A stretch of 59,387 bases of DNA, counting the filler, from Candidatus Woesearchaeota archaeon CG1_02_57_44 (GTDB lineage Archaea > Nanobdellota > Nanobdellia > Woesearchaeales > CG1-02-57-44): NCBI GenBank assembly GCA_001871415.1. It is 6 parts of 6 records of this genome, joined end to end, with 100 filler letters (N's around TTAATTAATTAA, not from the genome) between each part and the next. Parts side by side here need not be neighbours in the genome. Positions count along the whole stretch, not along the records: positions 40,299 to 47,687 come from MNWW01000019.1; positions 47,788 to 53,429 come from MNWW01000022.1; positions 53,530 to 59,387 come from MNWW01000027.1; 3 more parts are not named here. One strand, written 5' to 3'. Below, piece after piece: positions 46,087 through 56,500 of this stretch (positions are counted from its first letter, which is position 1; every line of letters begins with the position of its first letter). Under the pieces are notes generated by a model. That model saw only the letters and a list, made by a program, of their open reading frames with translations, did not search any database and had not been told where the DNA came from. The position numbers and the translations under genes were made by a program.

Positions 46087-46295
46087 GGAGCAAGGATATT
46101 AAAGGTTTTGCATGAGATGGCCTGCTGCCAATGGTCAAAAATGGGAGAGCGTTTCCAATCTTCGTATGACAGCGCGAAATGTGGGGCCAAGACGATTAAT
46201 CGGACGACCAGGAATGGAAGTTCGTTCAATCTAACTCAATCTTTCAGAAAATTTAAATACTGCCTCTTTTTCAGGGCTGCTGGGGTGAATATAAT

Positions 46296-46999
46296 ATGAA
46301 AGCGACCAATCTCATAGTAGCGCTCTTGGGGGTGCAGATCATACTGACGAGTGTCCTCGTGGTGCAGATGCGCGGACTGAGCGTGGCGCCGGCAGCACAG
46401 GCTGGGGCTCAAGGCCAGGCAGCAGCGGCAGGCGCTCAAGGCGGCGGCACCGGGCAGCAGGGTAGCGGAAGCGCACTGGCTCCGACCATCGATACTACCG
46501 AGGACCCAGTGGAAGGAGACCCGAACGCGCCAGTGACCATTATTGAATTCAGCGATTTCCAGTGCCCGTACTGTGAGACCTTCTTCTCGCAGTCCTTGCC
46601 GCAGATCCGCTCGCAGTATATCGACACCGGCAAGGTGAAGATGATATACAAGCAGTTCCCACAAGCAGTTCCCGCTGAGCTTCCATCCGAAGGCGCAGAA
46701 GGCAGCAGAGGCATCGGAGTGCGCGTTCGCGCAGGGAAAGTTCTGGGAGATGCATGATACGATATTCAACAACCAGGCAAGCATGAGCGTCGCTAACTAC
46801 AAGAAGTGGGCTGGCGAGATGGGCATGGACCAGGCAGCCTTCGATCAGTGCCTTGACTCCGGCTCCATGGCGGCGAGTGTGGCGGCGGATCAAGCCGCTG
46901 GCATGCAGGCAGGAGTCTCCGGCACTCCAAGCTTCCTCATCAATGGTCAGTTGGTGGTCGGGGCGCAGCCGTTCCCCGTGTTCCAGCAGGCCATTGAAG
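46296..46999 (+). pseudogene. DsbA-family oxidoreductase frameshifted by a 13-bp tandem duplication (or assembly error)
   Basis: EFSDFQCPYC in one frame and FWEMHD..GVSGTPSF in another. ACAAGCAGTTCCC is duplicated at 46648-46673. Confidence 0.85.
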
Positions 47000-47101
47000 N
47001 NNNNNNNNNNNNNNNNNNNNGAAGCTGCGCTGGCAGGATGATGCTGGCGGCCTGTAGACGGCGGGCAACTGCCGGACCTTTTGCTTTCGTGCCACCTATT
47101 G

Positions 47102-47157
47102 TGGTGCAGATGCAATACAACTTTGGTTCAGAGGCAATATTGGTTCAGAGGCAATAT
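47102..47157. repeat. 17-bp tandem repeat upstream of the third DsbA gene
   Basis: TGGTTCAGAGGCAATAT twice plus a degenerate TGGTGCAGATGCAATAC. Confidence 0.8.
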
Positions 47158-47178
47158 AATGCCGGTCGGTGAGGGCTC

Positions 47179-47687
47179 ATGGACAAGCAACAACAGCGTA
47201 AGACCATCCTCCTGATTGCCGCCATCCTTGCCGTAGCGGTCATTGTGCTGGTCATAAGGAACAATGCATCAGGGAATGATATCCTGCCGGTCGTGCCGTC
47301 CGCGGGCAGGACCATCGGCAGTCCTGACGCCAAGGTCCTGATCATCGAGTACAGTGACTTTGAGTGCCCCTACTGCGGCGTATGGGAGCAGCAGACGTTC
47401 CCTGGCATACTGAAGGACTACATCGCGACCGGCAAGGCGAAGCTGGAATACCGGTTTTTTCCCCTGAACAGCATCCACGCGAATGCCCAGAAGGCCGCAG
47501 AGGCCGCTGCCTGCGCAGAAGCGCAGGGCAAGTTCTGGGAGATGCATGATACGCTATACCGCAACCAGCAGGACCTGCAGGTGTCCAACCTGAAATCCTG
47601 GGCCAGGCAGCTGGGGATGGATGGTGCTGCTTTCGACACCTGCCTTGACACAGGAGCCATGGCATCAACAGTCGGTACTGAAGCAGT
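47179..47687 (+). CDS. DsbA-family oxidoreductase, 3'-truncated
   Basis: N-terminal TM, EYSDFECPYC, FPL..IH..A.KAAEAA.CA..QGKFWEMHD. Confidence 0.92.
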
Positions 47688-47787
47688 NNNNNNNNNNNNN
47701 NNNNNNNNNNNNNNNNNNNNNNNNNNNNNNNTTAATTAATTAANNNNNNNNNNNNNNNNNNNNNNNNNNNNNNNNNNNNNNNNNNNN

Positions 47788-48741
47788 AAGCCCGTTGTTC
47801 CGCTGGCCAAGCAGCTGGATATGCGCAACGCGGGATTTCTTGTCGTAGGCCGCCACAGCGCGGTCAAGGCATGCCATTACACCAAGTCCTCGCTCGCTTG
47901 CAAGGGCACCTGCTACAAGTCGCGCTTCTATGGCATCGCCAGCCATCGCTGTGTGCAGATGTCGCCGGTACTGTTCTGCAACCTGCGCTGCACGTTCTGC
48001 TGGCGCGACCTTGATGTCTTCAATCAGGCTGACTGGTCAGGTCCAATCGACGATCCTGAGGATATCATCAATGGCTGCATCCGGGCGCAGATAGACTACC
48101 TGCAGGGATTCGGCGGCAATCCCAGCACGCCGCCGGAGCTCTTCGAGGAGATGAAGAACCCGAAGCATTTCGCCATCTCCTTGACAGGTGAGCCGACGCT
48201 CTATCCCCGGCTGCCGGAGATGATAGCGCTGCTCCATCAGCGTGGCATCTCCAGCTTCCTGGTCAGCAACGGCACGCTTCCCGCCAACCTCGCGAAGCTG
48301 ACCGACAGCAACCTCACGCAGCTCTACATCACCGTCGCGGCGCCAGACAAGGAGACCTACATGGCGACCACCAACCCGCTGATGGCGACCAGTTGGGAGA
48401 GGTTGCGCGAGACATTGAAGATGCTCGGCGATTTCAAGGCGACGACCTGCGTGCGTATGACCCTAGTCAAGGGTCTCAACATGGTCCATCCGGAAAAGTA
48501 CGCCGAGCTGCTCAGAGATGTTGAAGTGGATTTCATCGAGGCCAAGGGCTATATGCATGTGGGATACAGCCAGCAGCGCCTCACGCGCAGCAATATGCCA
48601 TCTCACGAGGAGATTCTGGAATTTTCACAGGAGTTCGTGAAGCACGCGGGCTTGCAGGTCCTCGACCAGGAGCCGCGCAGCAGGGTCGTGCTCATGGGCA
48701 AGTCCAACAAGGGGCGCTTCCTGAAGGATAGGGCGCATTGA
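47788..48741 (+). CDS. taw1: 4-demethylwyosine synthase (radical SAM); 5' end probably cut
   Basis: HSAVKACHYT, CYKSRFYGIASHRCVQM, CNLRCTFCWR, AISLTGEPT and EAKGYMHVGYS. Confidence 0.95.
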   Translation, partial: KPVVPLAKQLDMRNAGFLVVGRHSAVKACHYTKSSLACKGTCYKSRFYGIASHRCVQMSPVLFCNLRCTFCWRDLDVFNQADWSGPIDDPEDIINGCIRAQIDYLQGFGGNPSTPPELFEEMKNPKHFAISLTGEPTLYPRLPEMIALLHQRGISSFLVSNGTLPANLAKLTDSNLTQLYITVAAPDKETYMATTNPLMATSWERLRETLKMLGDFKATTCVRMTLVKGLNMVHPEKYAELLRDVEVDFIEAKGYMHVGYSQQRLTRSNMPSHEEILEFSQEFVKHAGLQVLDQEPRSRVVLMGKSNKGRFLKDRAH

Positions 48742-48989
48742 ATTGCTGATGCTACGACAAGACATTGGCTGTGTGGTTGATTGGACGCTATCTTGCATCT
48801 GCGATGACTAGGCAGCAGGACTCCTGCGCATGAGGGTATGTTGCATAGGTGTCGGGCGCCTTCAGTTGCGCACCTGTGTTGCGAGGCGCAGCGTCGGGCA
48901 TCAGCGGGATGTCCACTCGGGGCATTCAGGGGCTCCATGCCTTACCCATCGCAGGATACAATCAATGGATCCGTTCAAAGAGTATATTA

Positions 48990-49586
48990 TCATAATTCAA
49001 TGACCATGCCTCTGGGGCCTGGGTTGATGACGCGCGTCTTGCCTATCCGGTCCTCCTTGCCGGCGTGCTCGTGGAAATGCCCGCAGATGGCAAGGTCTGG
49101 CTGCGCTTTCTCGATGAACTCGCGGTAGCTCTTGGAGCCGCGATGCCCGTCCATGATTGCGTCAAGCGCTGTTCCATAGGGGGGCGCGTGCATGATGAAG
49201 ATGCTCTTGCCTTTGTGCTTCGCCAATGCCCGGTGAAGCTTTTTGCCGGTGCGCTCAAACGACCTGTCCCGTGTATCAAAGCCCCCGCCACCATGGCCGA
49301 CGATGGCGACGTTCTCGTGCACGATGAACCCGTTATGCACGAAGCTGATGTCCTCGAAGAACCCTGCGAGATCGGCCATGCGTTCCTCGGACTCATGGTT
49401 GCCGTGCACGATGACGGCCTTGCCCATCTGGTTGATGGCAAAGAGCATCTCCCCGAGGCCCTGCTCGAAGACAGAGATGTCGCCGGCGCAGAGAAGGAGC
49501 GATGGTTTTTCGCGTTGCACGAGCATGCGTAGCTGCTTCAGACGCCTGCCATCAGCGTGGAGATCGACGAATGCGACGAGCTTCAT
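48990..49586 (-). CDS. Calcineurin-like metallophosphoesterase
   Basis: DLH, AGD, GNHE, HAPP, CGHFHE and INPG. Confidence 0.92.
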   Translation of the reverse strand: MKLVAFVDLHADGRRLKQLRMLVQREKPSLLLCAGDISVFEQGLGEMLFAINQMGKAVIVHGNHESEERMADLAGFFEDISFVHNGFIVHENVAIVGHGGGGFDTRDRSFERTGKKLHRALAKHKGKSIFIMHAPPYGTALDAIMDGHRGSKSYREFIEKAQPDLAICGHFHEHAGKEDRIGKTRVINPGPRGMVIEL

Positions 49587-49716
49587 ACGTGGCAATCAAC
49601 GTGCGAGGTATAAATAGTTAACGCACGCTCCTGGTGCCTGCTTCGCTGGACGTCTGTGAGGGGCGATGCTGAGTGCCGGGTGATGGTGCACCGCTCATCA
49701 GAAGTGTGTATCTGTC

Positions 49717-50874
49717 CTATCGTATCATCGCGTATTCCTTGAGCACGACGACATCAAGTTCTGCGAACGAGTCCACGCTGTACAGGCGTCCCTGGCCTAC
49801 CTGCACCAGCTTCTGTGCCAGCTGCTCTGATTCCTTCGACAGACCGATACCGATGGCCGAGACCGTGATGCCCGCGGCGCGCAGCTCTGATACTGCCTGG
49901 ACGCTATCTTCTGCCGGCTGTTCGCCGACATTGGGCATGGCGTCGCTGAGCAGGATGACATGTTTGCTGGCATTGCTGGCGAACAGTTGACGCGACTCGC
50001 GCAGCGCAAGCACCAGGTCAGTCTGCTGTCGTGGGGTGACTGACGCGATGCCGCGCAGCAGCGCCATGAAATCCAGCGTCGGCGCGACCTTGCGCACGAT
50101 GCCTGAGCCAAAGGCGACCAGGCCGACCTTGTCCTTGTTCTTGATGGCTGCGTAGGCCAGAGCGATGCCTGCTTTCTTTGCCATGGCCATCTTCTCGTCA
50201 TGCATGCTGCCTGAACTGTCGAGCAGATAGACGATCTCTGCCTTGCCGTGGCTCTTGCGCGTGTATTGTCGTAGGTCTTCGGGGCGAAGCTTGTGGTGCC
50301 CTCGGCGTATGGCGGTGGATATGGTCCGCCGCAACGCGATGTCCTTGTATCGGCCGCGCCTGAACGTGACAATCTCATCCTGCAGCCCGTCGTGGTCCAG
50401 CTTGGCCGCCGCCTTCTCGGTCCCTTTGCCCGAGAGCCGTTCGAGCTCTTCTGCATAGAGCACCAGGCCTGAGAGCGTGATGCCAGCGTCTGTGAATCCT
50501 TCATCGTCGGTCAACCCGTCCTGTTTGAGTCGGTTGATGCGCTCCGTGAGCGCGCGCAGCAGCTCTGGCTTGAATTCAGGGATAGTCACATTACGCTTCA
50601 GGTAATCAGGGCTGTAGCCGGTGAGCAGCGAGAGCAGGCGCTTGCCATAGAGGCGCTCTGCCTGAGTGTAGTCCTTGACCATATTGGCGAAGACATCATC
50701 AGGGGTGAAGGAGCCGATACCTTTGTTGATGGCATCCTGTATGAGCATTCCTTGTTCGATAGAATCCTTGTCCGCGGCGAGCACGCTGCGCATCAGCTTG
50801 TCTTCGTCGCTTGGCGTCAGTTTGCCAGAAGCTTCATATCCCTCGTCCATCTCTTTAACATCGGCATTACCCAT
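49717..50874 (-). CDS. von Willebrand factor A domain protein (ChlD C-terminus-like)
   Basis: DIALRRTI, MIDAS motif LLDSSGSM, DKVGLVAF and ILLSD. Confidence 0.88.
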   Translation of the reverse strand: MGNADVKEMDEGYEASGKLTPSDEDKLMRSVLAADKDSIEQGMLIQDAINKGIGSFTPDDVFANMVKDYTQAERLYGKRLLSLLTGYSPDYLKRNVTIPEFKPELLRALTERINRLKQDGLTDDEGFTDAGITLSGLVLYAEELERLSGKGTEKAAAKLDHDGLQDEIVTFRRGRYKDIALRRTISTAIRRGHHKLRPEDLRQYTRKSHGKAEIVYLLDSSGSMHDEKMAMAKKAGIALAYAAIKNKDKVGLVAFGSGIVRKVAPTLDFMALLRGIASVTPRQQTDLVLALRESRQLFASNASKHVILLSDAMPNVGEQPAEDSVQAVSELRAAGITVSAIGIGLSKESEQLAQKLVQVGQGRLYSVDSFAELDVVVLKEYAMIR

Positions 50875-51937
50875 AGTCTCCCAGTCTGCTTTTGAGGTCT
50901 GCGTAGCGCTCGTGGAAGCGCGAGAATTCCTCAGCCACAAACTGCTTGATAGGCAAGACGAACTTCATGCTAGGCACCAGCTCGATGCGATGCGCGAGCA
51001 CGCTCATGACCGCGTCCTTGATATCGTCCAGCTCGACTTCATCCCTGCTGGCGGCGAGCGCGTTCGCCTGCGCGCGCTCATAGAGAGAAAGTTCCGCACG
51101 TACGCTCGGCTTGCGCAGCACATGCTTGTTGTCGCGAAGGTGTCGCACGAATCCTATCATGAATCCCAGCAACGGCTCTGGCATGGCGCACAGCTGCTTA
51201 CCCTTGCTGATGATGATGTCCTGCTCGAGCTCAGGGGTCTCGGGATAATCCATGTACACGGCGTCGAAGCGGTCGAGGAACACCTCACTGAGAGGCTCCG
51301 TGCTGGAATCCTCCGGGTTCATGGTGCCGATGAGGATGAAGTCCGCCGGGAAATCTACCAGGTAGCCGCCGAGCGTGACTTTGGATTCCTCAAGCGCTTG
51401 CAGCAGCGCGTTCTGCAGCTTCTCACTGCAGCGGTTGATCTCGTCGAAGAAGAGCACGCCGTTGTTGGCCCGAAAGAGCTTTCCCGGGGTGAATGCCTCC
51501 ATGCTGAGCGGCCCGAATTCCAGGGCCTTGATGGGGTCGACATCGCCGAACAGATCCTCGCTCGTGAGATCAGGGCTTCCCTGCACGCGCACGAAGCGCT
51601 GCTCGCCCGAGACCGTCGTGTCATGTGATGTCCCAGACCGTTTTGCCGTATAGCTCTTGTCTGCTACAGTCGCCTGTTGGGCGATGCTCCTGCAGAAAGG
51701 GCAGACAGGATTATCGACCGTGCAATGAAAATCACACCCTGTCGTATGAAGCTCGGGCAGCAGCCGTGCGACATTGCGCGCAAGCGTCGTCTTGCCGATA
51801 CCCGGAGGGCCGATGATGATGCAGTGGTGGCCCGTGGCGAGAGTGCCAAGAAGCTGGCGCTTTGCCTCTTGCTGGCCTATGATCTCGGTGAATGGGTCTG
51901 TGCCCAGAAGTCTCCTGAAGGTTGCGAGGGAATCCAT
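50867..51937 (-). CDS. ChlI/MoxR-like AAA+ ATPase
   Basis: IIGQ, GPPGIGKT, CDFHC..CPFC, PGKLFRANNGVLFFDEINR, GTMNP and LDRF. Overlaps the VWA gene. Confidence 0.92.
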   Translation of the reverse strand: MDSLATFRRLLGTDPFTEIIGQQEAKRQLLGTLATGHHCIIIGPPGIGKTTLARNVARLLPELHTTGCDFHCTVDNPVCPFCRSIAQQATVADKSYTAKRSGTSHDTTVSGEQRFVRVQGSPDLTSEDLFGDVDPIKALEFGPLSMEAFTPGKLFRANNGVLFFDEINRCSEKLQNALLQALEESKVTLGGYLVDFPADFILIGTMNPEDSSTEPLSEVFLDRFDAVYMDYPETPELEQDIIISKGKQLCAMPEPLLGFMIGFVRHLRDNKHVLRKPSVRAELSLYERAQANALAASRDEVELDDIKDAVMSVLAHRIELVPSMKFVLPIKQFVAEEFSRFHERYADLKSRLGDYG

Positions 51938-52001
51938 GATGTGCAAAAACTACTGCCCTGTTATTAATGTTGCCAAAACAAGCAGGCCATGGATGGCACC
52001 A

Positions 52002-52622
52002 CTACCAAAGGTACGCGCGCATCAGCATCATGACGCCGCCGGCGACCAATGGCACAAGCAGGTTGTCATCCAGCGGTTGCTTGTTCATCTCTATCTCGAT
52101 AGCGCCGATGACCATGGCGATGGCTGAGCCTATGAACGCCTCTGTCCAGCTGACCGCGAAGCCAGGGGAAAGCAGTTTCATGGCAGCGACCGCGGCGAAC
52201 GCGGCCAGCGTTCCTATCGTCGTCCCCAGCAGCAGCCAGCCGTGTTTACTGTCCTTCTGGCCGATGGTCTTGGGCACGGGTCTGCTGAGCACATGGGGGA
52301 CAGCGTCACCGAACGCCACGATCAATATGGCTGCTGTAGCGACATCTCTTGGATAGAGAAGCGCTGCGAGCATGGCACCAATCCACAGGAACATGCTGCC
52401 TCTGCCAGGGAAGACCTTCATGTCTTCAGGACGGTCGAACTGCTGGAGTATCCAGGTGAGACCTGGAAGCGGTCGCCTGCTCTGCACCAGAGACGCGATG
52501 CCCCCCACGATGATGACGCCGAGCATATGGATGGGTCGCATCACGCCGGAGTGCCACATAAGCGCGATGAACACGCCCATGATGATGTGGAGTGTCTGGC
52601 GTTTTGCCTCCAGGGTGTTCAT
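52002..52622 (-). CDS. Dolichol/phytol kinase-family (CTP-dependent lipid kinase) membrane protein
   Basis: E.KRQ.LH, AFGDA and LDDNLLVPL; multiple TM segments. Confidence 0.8.
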   Translation of the reverse strand: MNTLEAKRQTLHIIMGVFIALMWHSGVMRPIHMLGVIIVGGIASLVQSRRPLPGLTWILQQFDRPEDMKVFPGRGSMFLWIGAMLAALLYPRDVATAAILIVAFGDAVPHVLSRPVPKTIGQKDSKHGWLLLGTTIGTLAAFAAVAAMKLLSPGFAVSWTEAFIGSAIAMVIGAIEIEMNKQPLDDNLLVPLVAGGVMMLMRAYLW

Positions 52623-52730
52623 ACCCCCTCAAGCATGCGCCGGCCTTTTTAAGAATTGTGAAACAGGGGGCTAGCAGAAGAGCGCATCCCAGACATTGGT
52701 TTAAGAATCAGTCGTATTTCTCCTCTGTCC

Positions 52731-53186
52731 ATGGTGTATGTCAACCGACGATTGGTGGACGAGCAGGGGTGGCGCGCGGGGGTATTCCTGCCTGATATCT
52801 ATCTTGAGACCTCTGTGAAGGACCTTGAGTTGGATTGCTCGAGGTTCACGGGCACGCCATGGTATCGTGCTATCGGAGTGCCAGTGACGCGTGGCAGAAG
52901 CGTTGTGGTGCTGACCTCTGTCACAGGATGCGTGGAACAAGTGAGGGAAAGGACATGCAGTGGGGACTCTTTGATGATTGCACAGGCGCGGCTCTCGGAC
53001 GTGAGCGGAAGGTCCTTGGTGGCGCGTGTGCAATCAGGGGTCGCTGTCGAACTGGGCAGGTTGCAGGGCTCCGATGCGCTGCTGCTCGCTCAAGGGTGGA
53101 CTACGCGATACCTGCTCTCCGGAGATTTCTATGCTGACAGTAATCTGGATGTGGCTGCGGTCAAGGGTGCGCTGTTGGGGCTGTGA
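52731..53186 (+). CDS. Hypothetical protein
   Basis: ORF about 25 nt downstream of TTTAAG; no recognised motif. Confidence 0.55.
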   Translation: MVYVNRRLVDEQGWRAGVFLPDIYLETSVKDLELDCSRFTGTPWYRAIGVPVTRGRSVVVLTSVTGCVEQVRERTCSGDSLMIAQARLSDVSGRSLVARVQSGVAVELGRLQGSDALLLAQGWTTRYLLSGDFYADSNLDVAAVKGALLGL

Positions 53187-53214
53187 TCTGCGCCAAGAAT
53201 CGACGGCCCTTAAA

Positions 53215-53351
53215 TTATTGCAAAGCACGGGGTTGAATACCCCATCCTTCAGGACGTGCTTTGCAATTCAAAAATCCGCTTGCAATGACGAGGCGCGGTA
53301 ATACCGCGGCCTTCAGGCCGCGGTTAGCGCCGAGTGGCGGATTTTTGTTAT
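53215..53351. repeat. 137-bp palindromic dispersed repeat, copy 2 (inverted relative to copy 1)
   Basis: Base-for-base reverse complement of 77-213. Confidence 0.95.
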
Positions 53352-53529
53352 TTATATCTCGTGATACTTGCGATGAGCTATGCGCTATCTGAACTCTGAA
53401 CTGGTGGGGCAGAGAGGCTGGCTTGCTGGNNNNNNNNNNNNNNNNNNNNNNNNNNNNNNNNNNNNNNNNNNNNTTAATTAATTAANNNNNNNNNNNNNNN
53501 NNNNNNNNNNNNNNNNNNNNNNNNNNNNN

Positions 53530-56500
53530 AGCGAGGTGCTGCGCGAATACACAGGGACCGTCAACAGCCAGCAGTATCTGATGGGTCTGCTGTGGGACAC
53601 CACCGGCAGCATGGACGATCCTGCCGACGGCCCGTTCAGCGCACTCCCTGACGGACGCTACGGCATCAACATCACAGCGCGCGACAATGTCAACCGCACC
53701 GGCAATGCCATCGCCTACACCTGGGTAGACAGGACCCTGCCGAATCTCACGGACAACAGCAGCGCCCTGGGCTGGCTCAGCCATAACGCGAGCGTGCTCA
53801 TCAACGCATCTGACACGTACTTCAATACCACGCGCTGGTGCGTGCACAATGTCAGCGATGGACCTTGCGTCCCGGCGAGCCCCAGCAGCCGCTCCGGCGT
53901 AGAGGTCAATCTCACCTGCGAGCCCCAGCGTGTCTGCCAGCTCGGGATCAGCTACACAGCGCAGGATCACGCAGGCAACAATGCCAGCGTCACCGAGACC
54001 TCGATGTTCCAGCTCGCCATCGGTATGGCCATCAGCAACGACACCATCATCAACAGTTCCATCGTCGTCAACAGCAGCATCAACAGCAGCGAGATATGGA
54101 ACAGCACTATAGACAACAGCACCATAGACAACAGCACCATCAACCAGAGTACCGGCAACCAGAGCTGGATAAACCACAGCACCATCTGGAACTCCACCAT
54201 CACCAACAGCACCATACAGAACAGCAGCACCTACGACAGCACCATCAACCAAAGCCAGCTCGCCGACAGCACCATCACCGACAGCACCATAGACAACAGC
54301 ACGGTCTGGCAGAGCACCATCAACCAGAGCGATATCGACAGCAGCTGGATCAACCACAGCACGCTCTGGAACAGCACCATCACCAACAGCACCAAGATCA
54401 ACAGCAGCGTCATCAGGAGCGTCAACAGCTTCAGCATCATCCATCACAGCGAGGAGATAGACAGCAGCATAACCTGGTGCGATGTATCGGGCAGCATCAT
54501 CAATACCTCGAGCACCAACCAATCGGGCAGCAGGGGATGCACCATCGTGGACAGCGCCCTGCACGAGACCACGCTTCGCGGCGGCAGCGTCACCAACAGC
54601 TTCATTGACCCGAGCATCATCGTGGACAGCACGATCACGGACAGCGTCATCACCAACAGCACGGTCAGGTACAGCACCGTGGAGAACGCCACGCTCATCA
54701 CCATGGATGTCTTTGAGGCGGGCATCACCGGCGATATCCTCTCCAGCGGACGCGTCACCTACCACAATCAGACATACTATGCGCCGTACGCGCTCAGCGC
54801 CATCTACGCGGGCAACAACCCCAGCACCATCGGCACGCTCGCGGTGAACAAGAGCATCCTTCGCAACGGAGACATGGTGCTGATAACCTTCAGCAGCGGC
54901 GCAGTAGTCCAGAACGTCACGCTGAATGCCTCTGGCCTCGGCGGCGGCATGCTGCGGCTCAATGATACCGGTCAGGGATGGGACATCGCCAAAGACGACG
55001 GCATCTACACAAGCGCTCCCATCACGGTCAGCGCGTCAGAGCCCAACGCCACCATCACGGCGCGCGTCATCGACGGCTTGGGCAACAGCTGGCAGGCGAA
55101 CCTGACCGTGCCTGTCGACAACACCGCACCAGGGTTCCTGAGCACCCGCGTCGCCTATCCGAGCAACCAGAGCTACGCGACAGAAGGCCAGACCGTCACG
55201 GTCACGATCGAGACAGGGGCGGCAGACATCAGCTCAGCGCTGCTGGACTGCCGGTCATTGGGCGCGGGCGTCACTACCCTCTCGGCATCCCCCTCGGACA
55301 ACGGCAACTGGTCATCCCAGTGCACGCTCACCAACACCTCGCAGGCCGGCAGCATCAACATCACCGCTAACCTCACGGATCTCGCCGGCAACCGCAATGG
55401 CACGGCCATCACCATCATCCTGGACAGCGAAGCGCCAGAGGCGCCCGGCGACCTGCAGGTCGCTGACGCTCCCTACGACACGGACGGCACCGTGAGCCTG
55501 ACCTGGGCGCCGTCCAGCAGCAGCGATGTCGTCTCCTACAATGTCTATCGCTCGGATGTGACCCCGGTGCAGATAATAGCGGGCAACCTGCTCAAGACCT
55601 CCACGACCAACAGCACCACGGACAGCGCATCATCCGGCACCTACTACTGGGCGATCACCGCGCTGGACAGCGCGGGCCTGGAATCCGCGGCGAGCAATGA
55701 GGCCAACACCACCATCACCAGCGCGTCCCCCCGGATACAGGACATCCAGGTGAGATATCCGGGAAGCCAGAGCAAGGCCAAGAATGGCGATACCGTCAGG
55801 GTGATGGCGACGGTGACCGCGTCTGTGGAGCTGGCGAACGTGACGGTCAATGCCAGCGGCATCGCCAGCATCACCGACCAAGGCATCTTCAGCGCCTACG
55901 ACTATGGCACGCTGGGCGATGACGTGCTCGGCGATGATGTCTATACGGCCAGCATCACACTCAACGGCACCAGCGGCACGGCCAATGCCAGCGTCTCCAT
56001 CACGGCCAATGACACGGCATCGCTCACCACGACCAGGAACATGACAGTCCTCTACGATAACATAGCGCCGAATGTAACGGTCCTCGTGGTGTCCAGCGGC
56101 GCCACGGGATTCTCCCAGACACACGAGAACTACACCGCCAGCCGCACTGTCACCGTGCAGGCCAATTACACTGATGACTCAGGCATCCTGACCTGCGCGT
56201 TCGCCAATGAGGATGGCAGCTTCACGGCAGAGGAATCCTGCACCAGCGCCAAGGACTGGCTGCTCTCAGCAGGTGACGGGGAGAAGACCGTGTTCGTGCG
56301 CGTGATGGATGTGGCCGGCAACAACGCGACCGCTAATGACACCATCATCCTCAACCAGACCGGCGTGGGCCTCGATGTCACACCGCCAAGCGCGCCCACG
56401 GTCCTGGACGATGGCCACTACACCAACGGCAACAGCTCCCTGCATTTCACCTGGTCAGGAGCGTCCGACCACGAATCAGACCTGCTGCACCTGCCCCTCA

